Assembly (NCBI GenBank): GCA_963713045.1
Contig: CAVQKE010000001.1
Location: 689,893-753,892 of the forward strand
Direction: 5' to 3'
Length of the DNA: 64,000 nt
Origin: an uncultured delta proteobacterium
GTDB lineage: Bacteria > Myxococcota > Myxococcia > Myxococcales > Myxococcaceae
A program made the translations under genes and the position numbers. The first letter of the stretch is position 1. Each line of letters opens with the position of its first letter. The notes under the pieces are model-generated. The model saw only the letters and a list, made by a program, of their open reading frames with translations, did not search any database and was not told where the DNA came from. Below, piece by piece: positions 9,892 through 20,654 of the stretch.

Positions 9892-10944
9892 GGCCAGAGG
9901 CCCGGCTCGCGCAGGGTCAGCGTCTCCTCGAAGCCCATCATCAGGTTGAAGCTTTGCACGGCCTGCCCGGCGCCGCCCTTCACCAGGTTGTCCAGGGCGC
10001 TGAAGCACACCACGCGGCGGGTGTCGCCGCTGCTGGGCCCAAGGACGAAGCCCGTCTCCACGTAGTTGCTTCCGGACACTGCCACCACTTCCGGCTGCCG
10101 CCCCTGCACCACCCGGACGAAGGGTTCCCTGGCAAAGGTGCGGCGCCCACAGGGCGGCCAATTCCTCGGCGCCGGTGCTGGCCGGGACGCTGGCAAAGGA
10201 CGTGGCGAAAATGCCGCGGGGCAAGGGGGCCGAGACGGGGACAAATTCCAGGGACAGCGCTTGCGCCCCGGCGGCATTCAGGGTCTGGACAATTTCCGGG
10301 ACGTGCTGGTGTTCCAGCGGCTTGTAGGTCCGCAAATTCACCGCCCGCAGCGGGTGGTGGGTGGTGGGTTGGGGTTGGGCACCGCTGCCGCTGCTTCCGG
10401 TGGCGGCCACCGTCTGCACCGGCCCGCGCAGCAGCCCCCCCTTGGCCAATGGCAACAGGCCGAGAGCGATGGCGGTGGCAAAGCAACCGGGGCTGGCCAG
10501 GTAGCGCGCCCTGCGGATGGCCTCGCGGTTGAGCTCCGGAAGCCCGTAGGTGAAGAGGCCTTCCGTCAGCGCGCCGGGTTGGGGGTGCGCTGCGCCGTAG
10601 AAAGCCTGGTAGGCCCCTGGGTCGCGCAGCCGGAAGTCCCCGGACAAGTCGACCAACCGCACGCCGGTGGGCAACAAGTCGAGGACCACCTGGGCCGTCG
10701 TCCGGTGGGGCATGGCGAGAAAGGCGACGTCGGCGCCGGCCACCGCCTCCCGGGGCGGAAGCTGCTGGAAGACGAGGTCGGTTAAGCCGGCCAGGTTGAG
10801 GTGGACGTCCGAAACGCGCCGGCCCAGGTTGTCCGCCGCCGTCACCCGCGTCACTTCCACCCCGGGGTGGAAGAGGAGCCGGCGCAGAAGTTCCGCCCCG
10901 CCGTAGCCCGTCCCGCCGATGAGGACTGCTTTGGTGCGAGTCAT
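9888..10944 (-). CDS. argC: N-acetyl-gamma-glutamyl-phosphate reductase (one apparent +1 indel near 10147)
   Basis: GGTGYGGAEL, DLSGDFRL, YGLPELN, ASPGCFAT in one frame; C-terminal LDNLVKGGAGQAVQ in the adjacent frame (ORF 9888..10277). The junction is an extra G in TGGG. Confidence 0.9.
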
Positions 10945-11028
10945 ATGGCGGCGCACCCTAGAGGACGGCACCCCACCGCGGGAAGGGCACCCGAGGAAGG
11001 CAGCCCAGCCGGGGGCCTGGGGCAGTTT

Positions 11029-11424
11029 CTACGTGTAGCGGATGGCGACGGCGATGACGACTTGCTGGTTTCCCTGGGAGGGGTCGGCCGGCGACCACAG
11101 CGGGCCGCTGTACATGACGCCCATCCCGGCCGAGCCGTCGTACACCAGCACCACCGCGGTGGCCCCCATTTGCGCTGCCCGCTTCACCAGGGCCTGGGAA
11201 ATGGCCTGCTGCGAGGGGCTGCCGTCGAGGGACACCGTCACTTCCCCCAGACGGACGTACGGCACGCTGGGCTCGCTGCGTAAAACTTCCACCGACGAAG
11301 GGTCCGTCGGCGCAAACGGCGGCGCGTCGGCGTACAGGCGGCTGCTGGTACTCAGCCCGCCGCAGCCGGACGCCGCCAGCGCTGCCGCGAAAAGGACGCC
11401 CGCTGCCAGTTGGAAGCGCCTCAC
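11029..11424 (-). CDS. Hypothetical lipoprotein
   Basis: Signal peptide with lipobox ALAASG-C; small alpha/beta domain (YVRLGEV...AAQMGATAVV). Confidence 0.75.
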   Translation of the reverse strand: MRRFQLAAGVLFAAALAASGCGGLSTSSRLYADAPPFAPTDPSSVEVLRSEPSVPYVRLGEVTVSLDGSPSQQAISQALVKRAAQMGATAVVLVYDGSAGMGVMYSGPLWSPADPSQGNQQVVIAVAIRYT

Positions 11425-11454
11425 CGTCGTCCCTCCCCGCCAGCAAAACCCGGG

Positions 11455-12327
11455 CTAAGCCTTTTTTAACATCGCGTCCAGCGTCTGTTCCAGGGTCTGC
11501 TTTCCGCGGCGCAGCGTCTCCGGGTGCTGGAAGACAATGCGTCCGGCGAGATGGGCTTCCGTCATTTCCTTGAAGAGGGACGCCATCTCAGCGGAAAAGC
11601 CGTACTGCTGCATGGTGGCCACCATCTGCGCCACCGGTTGGGACAGCACCTGCACCTCGCGTCCCAAAAGCTTGCTCAGCACCACGGCGACGTCGCTCGG
11701 ACTGGCGTCCACCGGGCCGGCCAGCTCCACCACCCGGCTTGCCTTGGGGTGCTCGCTGAGAAGGCTGGCGGCGAGGAGGCCGATGTCGTGGGTCGCCACC
11801 TGGGGGTACTTCGCGTCTTTGGGGTAGAAGGTCGGCAGCTGCCCCTCCTTGGCCGGCCCGAGCGCGCTGGCCCAATTCTCCATGAAGGAAGCCGCCCGCA
11901 GAAACGTGGTGGGCATCTTCAGCGCTGAGAAGGCCGTCTCCGCCAAGTGGAGGGCACGAATCAGGCCGGTGCCCTCCGGCAGTTGCGCCCCCGCCGAGGA
12001 CAACAGCACCACGTGTTTGACGTGGCTGCCGCCCAGCGTCTGGACACAGGCGTCGATGATTTTTTGCGCCCTTTGGAAGTACCCGGTGGAAGCGGGGGGC
12101 GGTGGAGGAATCAGGACATAGGCGGCGTCGGCGCTGCGGAGGGCCGCGGCCAGGGCGTGCGCGTCATCCAGGCTTCCGACGGCAACTTCCGCACCGCGCT
12201 TCTTCCAGCGGTCCGCTTTGGAGGCCTCCTTCACCAGCACCCGCACTTTTTGCTTCTGGTCAAGCAGCTGCTGGGCGACGACCGAGCCAGTGTGTCCGGA
12301 GACACCGGCGACAAAAAAGGTGGGCAT
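11455..12327 (-). CDS. NmrA-like NAD(P)-binding atypical SDR
   Basis: MPTFFVAGVSGHTG Rossmann start preceded by AGGAGG; VVLLSS, FLRAASFMENW, VATHDIG. The true start is well inside the longer track ORF. Confidence 0.9.
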   Translation of the reverse strand: MPTFFVAGVSGHTGSVVAQQLLDQKQKVRVLVKEASKADRWKKRGAEVAVGSLDDAHALAAALRSADAAYVLIPPPPPASTGYFQRAQKIIDACVQTLGGSHVKHVVLLSSAGAQLPEGTGLIRALHLAETAFSALKMPTTFLRAASFMENWASALGPAKEGQLPTFYPKDAKYPQVATHDIGLLAASLLSEHPKASRVVELAGPVDASPSDVAVVLSKLLGREVQVLSQPVAQMVATMQQYGFSAEMASLFKEMTEAHLAGRIVFQHPETLRRGKQTLEQTLDAMLKKA

Positions 12328-12576
12328 GGCGAGCCTCCTTGGGGGGTGTGCTGAACCTTCTACCGCCCTTTGGGGCGGCGCGTCCGCTTGCTCGCCCGAA
12401 CGTCCGTTTCGCCAGCAGGGCAGCGAGCAAACAGCCAAGCCTTGGCGAAGGGGGAAGCGCCGCCTTTGCACCGTGGCCTCGGCAAAGCGTCTCGGGCGCC
12501 GCTTCCTCGGCTTGTCGTTGGGGAGAGGTGTCCCGCTGAGGTAGGTTGGGCCGGGCGGGGGCCCTTCTGGGTAGCC

Positions 12577-13614
12577 ATGTACCTTTTGCGCGACGTCCAA
12601 AGGGCCGACCTGCCCAGCCTCAAGCGTCTGGCGGCGGTGCTCAACACCGTCAATCTCCCCAACGATGAGGAGACGTTGGAGCAGCTCATCGACACCTCGA
12701 TGCGCAGCTTCGCCGGAAAGGTGCGGGACCCCTTCGAACGCGAATACCTCTTCGTCCTGGAGAACGCGGCCAGTCAGCAAGTGGTGGGGACCAGCCTGGT
12801 CATCGCCCAGCACGGCACCAAGGAAGCGCCGCACACCTATTATGAAGTGAGCGAGCGCGAGCACTACTCGGCCAGCCTGGACCGGCATTTCCGCCACAAG
12901 GTGCTGTCCATCGCCTACAACTACGCCGGCCCCACGGAAATCGGCGGGCTGGTGGTGGACCCACCCCACCGTTCCGGACCGGAGAAGCCCGGAAAGCAGC
13001 TGTCCTACGTCCGCTTCCTCTTCCTCGCCATGCACCGGGCGAGTTTCCGCGAGCGCGTCCTGGCTGAGTTGATGCCGCCGCTGATGGCAGACGGACGCAG
13101 CCTGTTGTGGGAGGCGGTCGGGAAAAAATTCACCGGCCTCACCTACACCGAGGCGGACCGGCTGAGCCGCCAAAACAAGGAATTCATCAAGGAGCTGTTC
13201 CCCTCCTCAGACATTTACGTTTCGCTTTTCCCCGACCGGACGCAGAAGGTGGTGGGCGAGGTGGGCACCCAGACGCGGGGCGTGCAGCGCATGCTGGAGC
13301 GCATTGGCTTTCGCTACGTGGAGCGGGTCGACCCCTTTGATGGGGGCCCCCACTTCGAGGCCCGCACACAGGACGTGCTGTTGGTGCGGCAATTCCGCAG
13401 CGCGCGCGTCGGGGCCGAGCCGCTGGCCGAGGAAGCTGGCGCCGAGGTGATGATGGTGGGACTGGACCGCGAGTCCGCACGAAACCGCTTCCGCGCCGTC
13501 CGCACCGCCGCCCGACTGGACGACCAAGTCATTTTTCTTCCGCCGTTGGCTCGAGAGCTGCTGGGCGTGGCCACCGGCACGCGGGTGGGCGCCATTCCCT
13601 TCGAAATCAGCTGA
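12577..13614 (+). CDS. astA: Arginine N-succinyltransferase
   Basis: NLPND, YLFVLEN, TEIGGLVVDP, GKQLSYVRFLF, VLAEL, VDPFDGGPH motifs of the AstA family. Confidence 0.85.
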   Translation: MYLLRDVQRADLPSLKRLAAVLNTVNLPNDEETLEQLIDTSMRSFAGKVRDPFEREYLFVLENAASQQVVGTSLVIAQHGTKEAPHTYYEVSEREHYSASLDRHFRHKVLSIAYNYAGPTEIGGLVVDPPHRSGPEKPGKQLSYVRFLFLAMHRASFRERVLAELMPPLMADGRSLLWEAVGKKFTGLTYTEADRLSRQNKEFIKELFPSSDIYVSLFPDRTQKVVGEVGTQTRGVQRMLERIGFRYVERVDPFDGGPHFEARTQDVLLVRQFRSARVGAEPLAEEAGAEVMMVGLDRESARNRFRAVRTAARLDDQVIFLPPLARELLGVATGTRVGAIPFEIS

Positions 13615-14438
13615 TGACCCAACAAAGCGTCAACGGCAGCCGCCTCTACGTGGAGGACACCGGCGGCCCTGGGCCGCCGGTGCTTTTCTCCCACGGGCTG
13701 CTCTACAGCTGCCGGATGTGGGACGCCCAGGTGCCTTCCTTGCGCCGCCGCTTCCGGTGCATTTGCTATGACCACCGCGGCCAGGGCCAGAGCGAGGTGG
13801 TGGCCAGCGGTTACGACGTGGAAACGCTGTGCGAGGACGCCGCGGCGCTGGTCCGCGCCTTGGGGGTAGCGCCAGTGCACTTCGTCGGGCTGTCCCTGGG
13901 CGGCATGGTGGGCATGCGGCTGGCGGCACGCTACCCGGAGCTGGTCGCGTCCCTGGTGCTGCTGGACACCTCGGCGGACGTTGAGCCGGCGGAAAACCTC
14001 CCGCGCTACCGGTTGCTCACCTTTCTCGAGCGCTGGGTGGGGCCGTGGGTGGTGGCCGGTTCCGTCATGAAGATTATGCACGGCGCCACGGCACGGGCCG
14101 ACCCGGCCCGCGCCGCCGAGCTGCGCAGGGTGCGCCAGCGCTTCTTGGCCCTCGACCGCGTCGGGGCCGTGCGGGCGGTCAACGGCGTGCTGGACCGCAA
14201 AGGCATCCAGGACGAATTGGCCAACATCCGCGTCCCGACGCTGGTGATGGTGGGCGAGGAAGACACCGCCACCGTCCCAGCCAAGGCGGAGGCCATCCAA
14301 CGGGCCATCCGGGGCGCGACCCTGGTGCGCATCCCCAAGGCGGGCCACCTCTCCCCCATCGACAACCCGGACTTCGTCACCGGGGAACTGAGCCGCTTTC
14401 TCGGCGCACTGCAGACGGCGTCGCCTTCGTCCAAGTAG
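13614..14438 (+). CDS. Alpha/beta-fold hydrolase
   Basis: SHG, YDHRGQGQS, nucleophile elbow GLSLGG, GEED and AGH triad motifs; TGATG overlap with astA. Confidence 0.9.
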   Translation: MTQQSVNGSRLYVEDTGGPGPPVLFSHGLLYSCRMWDAQVPSLRRRFRCICYDHRGQGQSEVVASGYDVETLCEDAAALVRALGVAPVHFVGLSLGGMVGMRLAARYPELVASLVLLDTSADVEPAENLPRYRLLTFLERWVGPWVVAGSVMKIMHGATARADPARAAELRRVRQRFLALDRVGAVRAVNGVLDRKGIQDELANIRVPTLVMVGEEDTATVPAKAEAIQRAIRGATLVRIPKAGHLSPIDNPDFVTGELSRFLGALQTASPSSK

Positions 14439-14469
14439 CAGTCAGAAAGAATCCCAGCCGAAAGCCGTC

Positions 14470-16281
14470 ATGTCCACACTGCGCCCCAACCCCTTGCTGG
14501 ACGACCGCACCGTCGAATTTCTTCTTTATGAAGTGCTGGACGTCGAGGCCCTCTGCGAGTTGCCCGACTTCGGAGAGCACAACCGCCACACCTTTGACCT
14601 GCTCTTGACCAGCGCCCGCACCCTGGCCCGCCGGGTGCTGTTCCCCAACTACCGCACCATCGACGCCGCGCCGCCGGTGTTGCGCGACGGCCGCGTCTTC
14701 GTCCACCCGCTTCTCAAAGCCGCCTGGCCGCAGCTGGTGGACTTGGGCCTCATCTCCGCCACCCGGGGACCCGAGGTGGGCGGCGCGCAGCTTCCGCTGG
14801 TGGTGGCCGGCCTGGCCTCGGCCTACTTGATGGCCGGAAATCTCAGTGCCTACGGCTTCGTCGGCCTCACCAGCGGCGCGGCCCACCTGGTGGAAGCCTT
14901 CGGCTCGGCCGAATTGAAGGCGCGCTTCATGGGGCCCCTCTACGCCGGCCAGTGGACCGGCACCATGGCCCTCACCGAGGCACAGGCCGGGTCAAGCTTG
15001 GCGGACATCCGCACCTCGGCCACCCCCACCCGCGGCGACCACCACCTGCTTCGCGGCGAGAAGGTCTTCATCTCCGGTGCGGCGCATGACCTTGCGCCCA
15101 ACGTGGTGCACCTGGTGCTGGCCCGCGTCGACGGGGCCCCGGCCGGCACCCACGGCGTCTCCCTCTTCGTCGTCCCCAACCGGCGCGAGGAAGGCGGCCA
15201 GTTGTTGGACAACGACGTGGCGGTCAGCGGGCTGGTGCACAAAATCGGCTGGCGCGGCCTCCCCAGCTGCGTGCTTCGCTTCGGCGAGCGCGAGGACTGT
15301 CACGGCTGGCTTTTGGGAGAGCCCAACCGGGGCCTTTCACAGATGTTTCAGATGATGAATGAGGCCCGCATCCAGGTGGGCCTGCAGGGCGTGGCCACCG
15401 CCTCGGCCGCCTACCATGAAGCCCTTGGCTATGCGCAGCAGCGCACCCAAGGGCGGCCGCACCACCAGCGAGACCCGGCCAGCCCCCAACTCCCCCTGGT
15501 GGCGCACGCCGACGTCCGACGCATGCTGCTGCGGCAGAAGGCCATTGTGGAGGGGGGCCTCGCACTGTTGGCCAGCACCGCGCGCTTGGCGGACCTCGCC
15601 GCCCATGCCACCGACGCCGAGGAGCGGCGAACTTCGAAGCTTCTGTTGGACCTATTGACTCCGGTGGCGAAAAGCTTCCCGGCCGAGGCGGGCTTCGAGG
15701 CGACGGTGCTGGCGCTGCAAGTCCATGGCGGCTACGGCTACTCGAGCGAGGCCCTTCCCGAGGCGTGGCTTCGGGACAGCAAACTCAACAGCCTGCACGA
15801 AGGCACCACCGGCATTCAGGGGCTGGACCTCCTCGGACGAAAGGCGGTGGCCGACGGTGGGGCCGCCCTGCACGCCTTCTCCGACGAAGTGGCGCGCACG
15901 CTGGCCCGCGCTCGGGCGGCTGAATTGCATCCGACGTGGGCCGAGCAGCTGGCCGAAGCGCTGGCGGAATTGGTGGACACCACCACCGCCCTGGCCGCGC
16001 GGGGCGCGGTGGGAGATGTGGACGGCATGCTGGGCCACAGCCAGGACTACCTGACGCTCTTCAGCCTCGTCGCCGTGGGCTGGCAGTGGCTGGCGATGGC
16101 CTGTGTCGCGCAGGAAGCGTTGCGCCGCGGCGCCCTTGAAGGGGACCAGGGCTTCTACCGCGGCAAGCTGGCCGCTGCGCAGTACTGGGCCGTCACGGAA
16201 TTGCCGCGCGCGGCCGGCCTGGCCACCCTCTGCCGCTCCGCGGAAAACAGCTACACCGCCCTCGACCCGGAGTGGCTTTAA
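14470..16281 (+). CDS. Acyl-CoA dehydrogenase
   Basis: GTMALTEAQAGSSL, GEKVFIS, HKIGWRG, MFQMMNEARI, LQVHGGYGY, HEGTTGIQ motifs. Confidence 0.95.
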   Translation: MSTLRPNPLLDDRTVEFLLYEVLDVEALCELPDFGEHNRHTFDLLLTSARTLARRVLFPNYRTIDAAPPVLRDGRVFVHPLLKAAWPQLVDLGLISATRGPEVGGAQLPLVVAGLASAYLMAGNLSAYGFVGLTSGAAHLVEAFGSAELKARFMGPLYAGQWTGTMALTEAQAGSSLADIRTSATPTRGDHHLLRGEKVFISGAAHDLAPNVVHLVLARVDGAPAGTHGVSLFVVPNRREEGGQLLDNDVAVSGLVHKIGWRGLPSCVLRFGEREDCHGWLLGEPNRGLSQMFQMMNEARIQVGLQGVATASAAYHEALGYAQQRTQGRPHHQRDPASPQLPLVAHADVRRMLLRQKAIVEGGLALLASTARLADLAAHATDAEERRTSKLLLDLLTPVAKSFPAEAGFEATVLALQVHGGYGYSSEALPEAWLRDSKLNSLHEGTTGIQGLDLLGRKAVADGGAALHAFSDEVARTLARARAAELHPTWAEQLAEALAELVDTTTALAARGAVGDVDGMLGHSQDYLTLFSLVAVGWQWLAMACVAQEALRRGALEGDQGFYRGKLAAAQYWAVTELPRAAGLATLCRSAENSYTALDPEWL

Positions 16282-16310
16282 AAAAAGGCCTCCCCGTTCC
16301 TGGGGACACC
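16280..16310 (-). terminator. Probable intrinsic terminator of the transglutaminase-like gene
   Basis: On the minus strand GGTGTCCCC-AGGAAC-GGGGAGGCC (imperfect stem) is followed by a T7 run, between convergent genes. Confidence 0.55.
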
Positions 16311-16328
16311 GGGGCTGGGAGGGGGCCG

Positions 16329-17255
16329 CTACCGGCGCACCAGACGCCGCTTTCCGCTGGCCAAATCCAAGTACGCCTGCCCGGCCTGGAGCCCGTGGCC
16401 GCCGGGGGCCACCATCTCCAAGGCAAGGTAGCCGGGCGGCACCACGGTGCGGCCCCAGGCTGGGTCCACGTCCACGGTTTCCCCATACGGCCCGTCCACC
16501 CGCACCCAGGCGTGGGGCCAGGCCCGCCCAGCGTCCAACAGAAGCCCCAGCACCAGCACGCCGTGGCCGCCGCGCTCGTCCAAATAGCCCAACAGGCGCT
16601 GTGCCGCTTCCAGGCAGCGCTCGTCCTTGCCCGCGGCGCCAAATTCCTTCAGCAGCCGCTCGGCAAAGGTGCGGCCCGCGGCCGAGGGCGCGGCCGGCTG
16701 GCGCGGAAGACTCAACGGAGGGTCCAGTCCCAGCTCGCCGCGGCCAGCCGGGCTCGCCATCCCGCGCGCCCACAGCCCGGTGGCGCCGTCCACCCTCGCC
16801 GCCTCGCGCAGCCGGCTGAAGCGCGCCTGGCCCAGTTCCAACACCTCCAGCACGCCGTCCTGGTAGACGGCGTGGAAGGGCTGGCCGAGGGCAATGCCCT
16901 CCAATTCCTCGCGGCTGAGCGCGGTGGAACAGGCCTGGCCGGTTTGCCCGGTCCGTTCATCCACCACCTCCAGACAGCTTGGCGGCTGGCGCGTCCACAG
17001 CCACAGCGAGACGGGGGTGGCGGTGGAGCCGGCCACCCGCCCGGATTCGTCCAGGGCCAAGGTGTGGCTCTCCACGGTGCGCAAGTCTGGGCCCCGGCCG
17101 AAGACGTGCTCGCTGCGGTAGGTGAAGGACGTCCCGTCCGGGCTTCTCTCCAGCGTCACTTGTCCCGCCGGAAGCCCGTCCAGTGTGAAGAGGTAGGAGG
17201 TCCGCTCCGGTGGTGCGACGAGGAGCACCACCGCGTGGAGGAGTAGGTCGAGCAC
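16329..17255 (-). CDS. Exported transglutaminase-like (Cys-His-Asp) domain protein
   Basis: Hydrophobic N-terminus; C-terminal ERC-LEAA, GLLLDAGRAWPHAWV and VDVDPAW resemble a transglutaminase core. Start uncertain (GTG 17255). Confidence 0.7.
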   Translation of the reverse strand: MLDLLLHAVVLLVAPPERTSYLFTLDGLPAGQVTLERSPDGTSFTYRSEHVFGRGPDLRTVESHTLALDESGRVAGSTATPVSLWLWTRQPPSCLEVVDERTGQTGQACSTALSREELEGIALGQPFHAVYQDGVLEVLELGQARFSRLREAARVDGATGLWARGMASPAGRGELGLDPPLSLPRQPAAPSAAGRTFAERLLKEFGAAGKDERCLEAAQRLLGYLDERGGHGVLVLGLLLDAGRAWPHAWVRVDGPYGETVDVDPAWGRTVVPPGYLALEMVAPGGHGLQAGQAYLDLASGKRRLVRR

Positions 17256-17330
17256 GGCTTGGCGGCCTGCAAGCATACCCTCCTCGGGCCCAGGCACGGG
17301 TGGTGGGAGTAGACTGCCCGGCTACCTCTC

Positions 17331-20300
17331 TTGTTCGGCAAGCGCTTTCTCTTCGTCTTCGGTGCGTTGGGCGGCCTTTGCTCGGGTGCCGTCAGTCTGT
17401 TGGCGCTCAGCCTGTTGTTGCGGCGCAGCCTGCCGGTTGGCTTTTGGCTTTTGACGCTCGGCCTCTCGGTGTGCACCTTCACCGCCGCCGCCTGGTTCAC
17501 CTGGTACCGCTGGCTGGCACAGAGCTCGGCCCGCCGGCGCGCCCTCATCGCCCAGTTGGCGCAAGGTGACCTCACCCCGCAGGTGACGGGACTGGAAGGC
17601 CAGGAGGATTTGCGGCGCCTCATCCTCTCGCTGCGGCGGGCCCTGTTTCAGGTGCAGCGGGTGACGGGCAACGTTTACCGGACGTGCCGCGACGTGGGAA
17701 GCCAGGCCCGCACCCTCCTCGAAGCCGCCCGGCGCCAGGGCGCCGCGGTGGAGCGCAGCGAGGGTTCGGTGGAAAGCATGAGCGGCAGCTTGGATGCCGC
17801 CGGCCGCCGGGTGGGGCAGCTGGAAAGCTTTGCCGAGGAAACCACCCGGAGCTTGACGGAGATGACGGAGCGCATGGAACAGGTGGCGAGCGCCCTGGGC
17901 ACCCTCGACGGGTTTGCCCGCCGCACCACCGAAAGGGTGCAGGTGATGAGCGAGGGGTTGTCCGCCGTCGCCGCCAGCGGCGACGTGCTGGCGCGCTTCG
18001 CTGGCGAGGCGGCGGCCTTCGTCTCCGCGGTGGAGGGCGGCATCGACTCGGTGCGCCGCCGCGCCAACGAGACCGGGGATTTGGCCCGGGAAGTCACCGC
18101 CACCGCCGAGCGCGGCGAGGCGCTGGTCAACGACTCGGTGAAGGGCATGTACCGGGTGGAGGAGACGGTGCGCAAAGCGGCGGAGATTGTCGACTCGCTC
18201 GGCACCCGCTCCATGGAAATCCGCCGCATTGTCGAAGTGATTCAGGACGTGGCCGACCAAACCAACCTGCTGGCCCTGAACGCCGGCATCATCGCCGCCC
18301 AGGCCGGTGAGAATGGGCGCGCCTTCGGCGTGGTGGCCGAGGAAGTCCGCGGACTGTCGGAACGGACGGCCCGCCAGCACCCGGGAAATTGCCTCGGTGG
18401 TGCAGGGGATTCGGGGCCAGGTGGACGCCGCGGTGGCCTACGTCAAAGACGTCCGTGCCCAGGCCAGCGCTGGGGTGCAGCTGGGAGACCGGGCGGCGAG
18501 CGCCCTGAAGGAGATTCGCACCATCACCAAGCGCACCTTTTCCGCGGTGGAGTCCACCGTGGCCGAGACCGCCCAGTTGGAGAAGCAGGGCGCGCACGTC
18601 GTCCAGGCCAGCGAGCGCGTCGCTCAGCGGGTGGTGGACGTCACCCGGGCCGCCGCTGAGCAAGCGCTGACCGGGCGCGAGCTGGTGCGCCAAACCCAGG
18701 AGATGACGCGGCTGGCCCAGGGCGCGTTGACCAAGGCCCAAGGCCAGGCCCGCGACCGGGCGGGACCTCTCCGGTGCGGTGCAGCGACTGACCGCCGCCA
18801 TTGATGAGATTCGACATGCCCATGACGTCCTGACGCGCGGGGATGCCGCCATTGGCGAGGACGTGGCCCAGGTGGGCGACGACGCGCGCACCGTGATTCG
18901 CATTGGAGACGGCCTCAGCCGCACGGTGGACCAACTGTCGCGCGAGGCCTCGGGCCTGGAGGCCGAGGTGTTTCGCTTCCGGCTGCCGGAGCCGCGGCGC
19001 GGCGGGACGCTTTCGGTGGGCATTCACCAGTCGGAGATGTTTGAGTCGACGCGCTCCCTCGACCCACTGTTTACGCTGGACAACCAGCTGATTGAGATTG
19101 CGGCCGCGCTTTACGCCGGGCTGTGCCGCCAGGAGGACGGCGCGGTGCTGCCCGACCTGGCCGAGCGCTTTGAGGCCGCGCCTGGCGCGCAGCGCTACCG
19201 CTTCTACCTGCGGCCGCGCCTCACCTTCCACGACGGCACCCCACTGCGGGCCCTGGAAGTGAAGCGGCATTTCGAGAGGCTGTTGGACCCGGCGGTGGAC
19301 TCGCCCGACCAGTGGATTTTCAAGGAAGTGGAAGGTGCCCGCGCCTACCTGGCCGGGCAGGCCCCGCACGTCACCGGCTTCGAAGTGCTGGATGAATTGA
19401 CGCTGGAGATTCGCCTGGAGGAGCCGAAGGCCTTCTTCCTGCACTTGGTGACGCTGCCGGCCACCCTGGTGGCGCACCAGGACAGCAGCGGCAAGCTGGT
19501 GGGGGCCGGCCCCTACCGGCCAACCCGCCTGGACGCCGGGGGCGTGGTCCTTGAAAGGAACCCGTCCTACTTCCGCCCCGAGCGGCCCCTGCTGGACCAG
19601 CTGTCCTTCCGCTTCTTCCGCGACCGGGCCGAGGCCATCGCCGGGCTGGTGGGCGACGAAGTGGACTTGGTGAGCGGCCTGTATGCCGAGCACGTCCGCG
19701 ACGCGCAGCTGAGTGGCCAAACCATCATCGCCGGCACCCAGCCCTCCTCCTTCTTCCTCGCCTTCCACGTGCGGCTGCCGCCCTTCGACGACGGGCGCGT
19801 GCGCCAGGCGGTGCGGGCGGGCCTCGACTTGAATGCCCTGGTGGAGCAGTTTCACCCGGGCGCCAGCGTGGCTTCGACGCTGACGCCGCCGACGCTGTTG
19901 GAGGGCGAATTCCCCTTGCCGTCGCGTCCGGATGTGGTGCACGCCCGAGCGCTGCTGCGGGAGGCGGGCGTGCCGCTTCTCCGGCTGACCCTCTACAACC
20001 CGCCGGGCCGCAGCACCGAAGCCGAGGACCAAGTCCTGTTCGGCCCGCTGATGGCGGCCGGCCTGGTCGAGCTGTCACACGTCGAACTGACGTCCAGTGA
20101 CTTCTGGTCCCGGGCGCACGACGGACGGCTTTCCATTTTTCGCGCCGGATGGATTGCCGACTACCCGGACGCCGACAACTTCCTGCACTTCCTCCTCAAC
20201 TCGCGCGCGCAGACGGTGTACGGCCTCGGCTACCAGAATGCGGACCTCGACCGCCTCACCAATGAAGCCCGCGTCACCATCGACCCGGCGCGCCGTCAGG

Positions 20301-20470
20301 AGCTTTACCGAAGCGCCGAACGGCTACTGGCTGCGGACTGCCCACTCATCCCGCTGTACCACGACAGAAGCTACGCGGCGGCCAACCCGAGGGTGCAGGG
20401 ACTGCGACTGCACCAGACGCCGCCCACCGTCCGCTTTGACCAGCTGTGGCTCGACTCCGCGGACGCCTGA
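17331..20470 (+). CDS. Methyl-accepting chemotaxis protein fused to a C-terminal family-5 (peptide/nickel ABC-type) solute-binding domain; two apparent +1 indels near 18374 and 18754
   Basis: Two TM helices, HAMP-like segment, MCP tip [37 protein letters not shown]; then [51 protein letters not shown]. Three consecutive frames join to about 1045 aa. Confidence 0.85.
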
Positions 20471-20654
20471 CAACCAAAGACGTCCCGCGACGGAACGGAC
20501 GGGGACAGTCGGCCCGTACCCAGGGCTCGCACTGCCCCGCGCGTGGCCGCACGCCCACTGCCCTTGCCGCCGGCCGGCCAAACGGACGTCCGCTCCAGAC
20601 TTCCCCGGGAGTCCAGCGACCCGGGTAAGCCGGGCCCTATACCCGCCTGCAGCG

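Noticed and set aside
9046..10971. Apparent 641-aa ArgC-ArgB fusion in the ORF track
   Set aside because: Created by one extra base near 10147. The true ArgC C-terminus is in another frame and ends in a GTGA overlap with the argB start.
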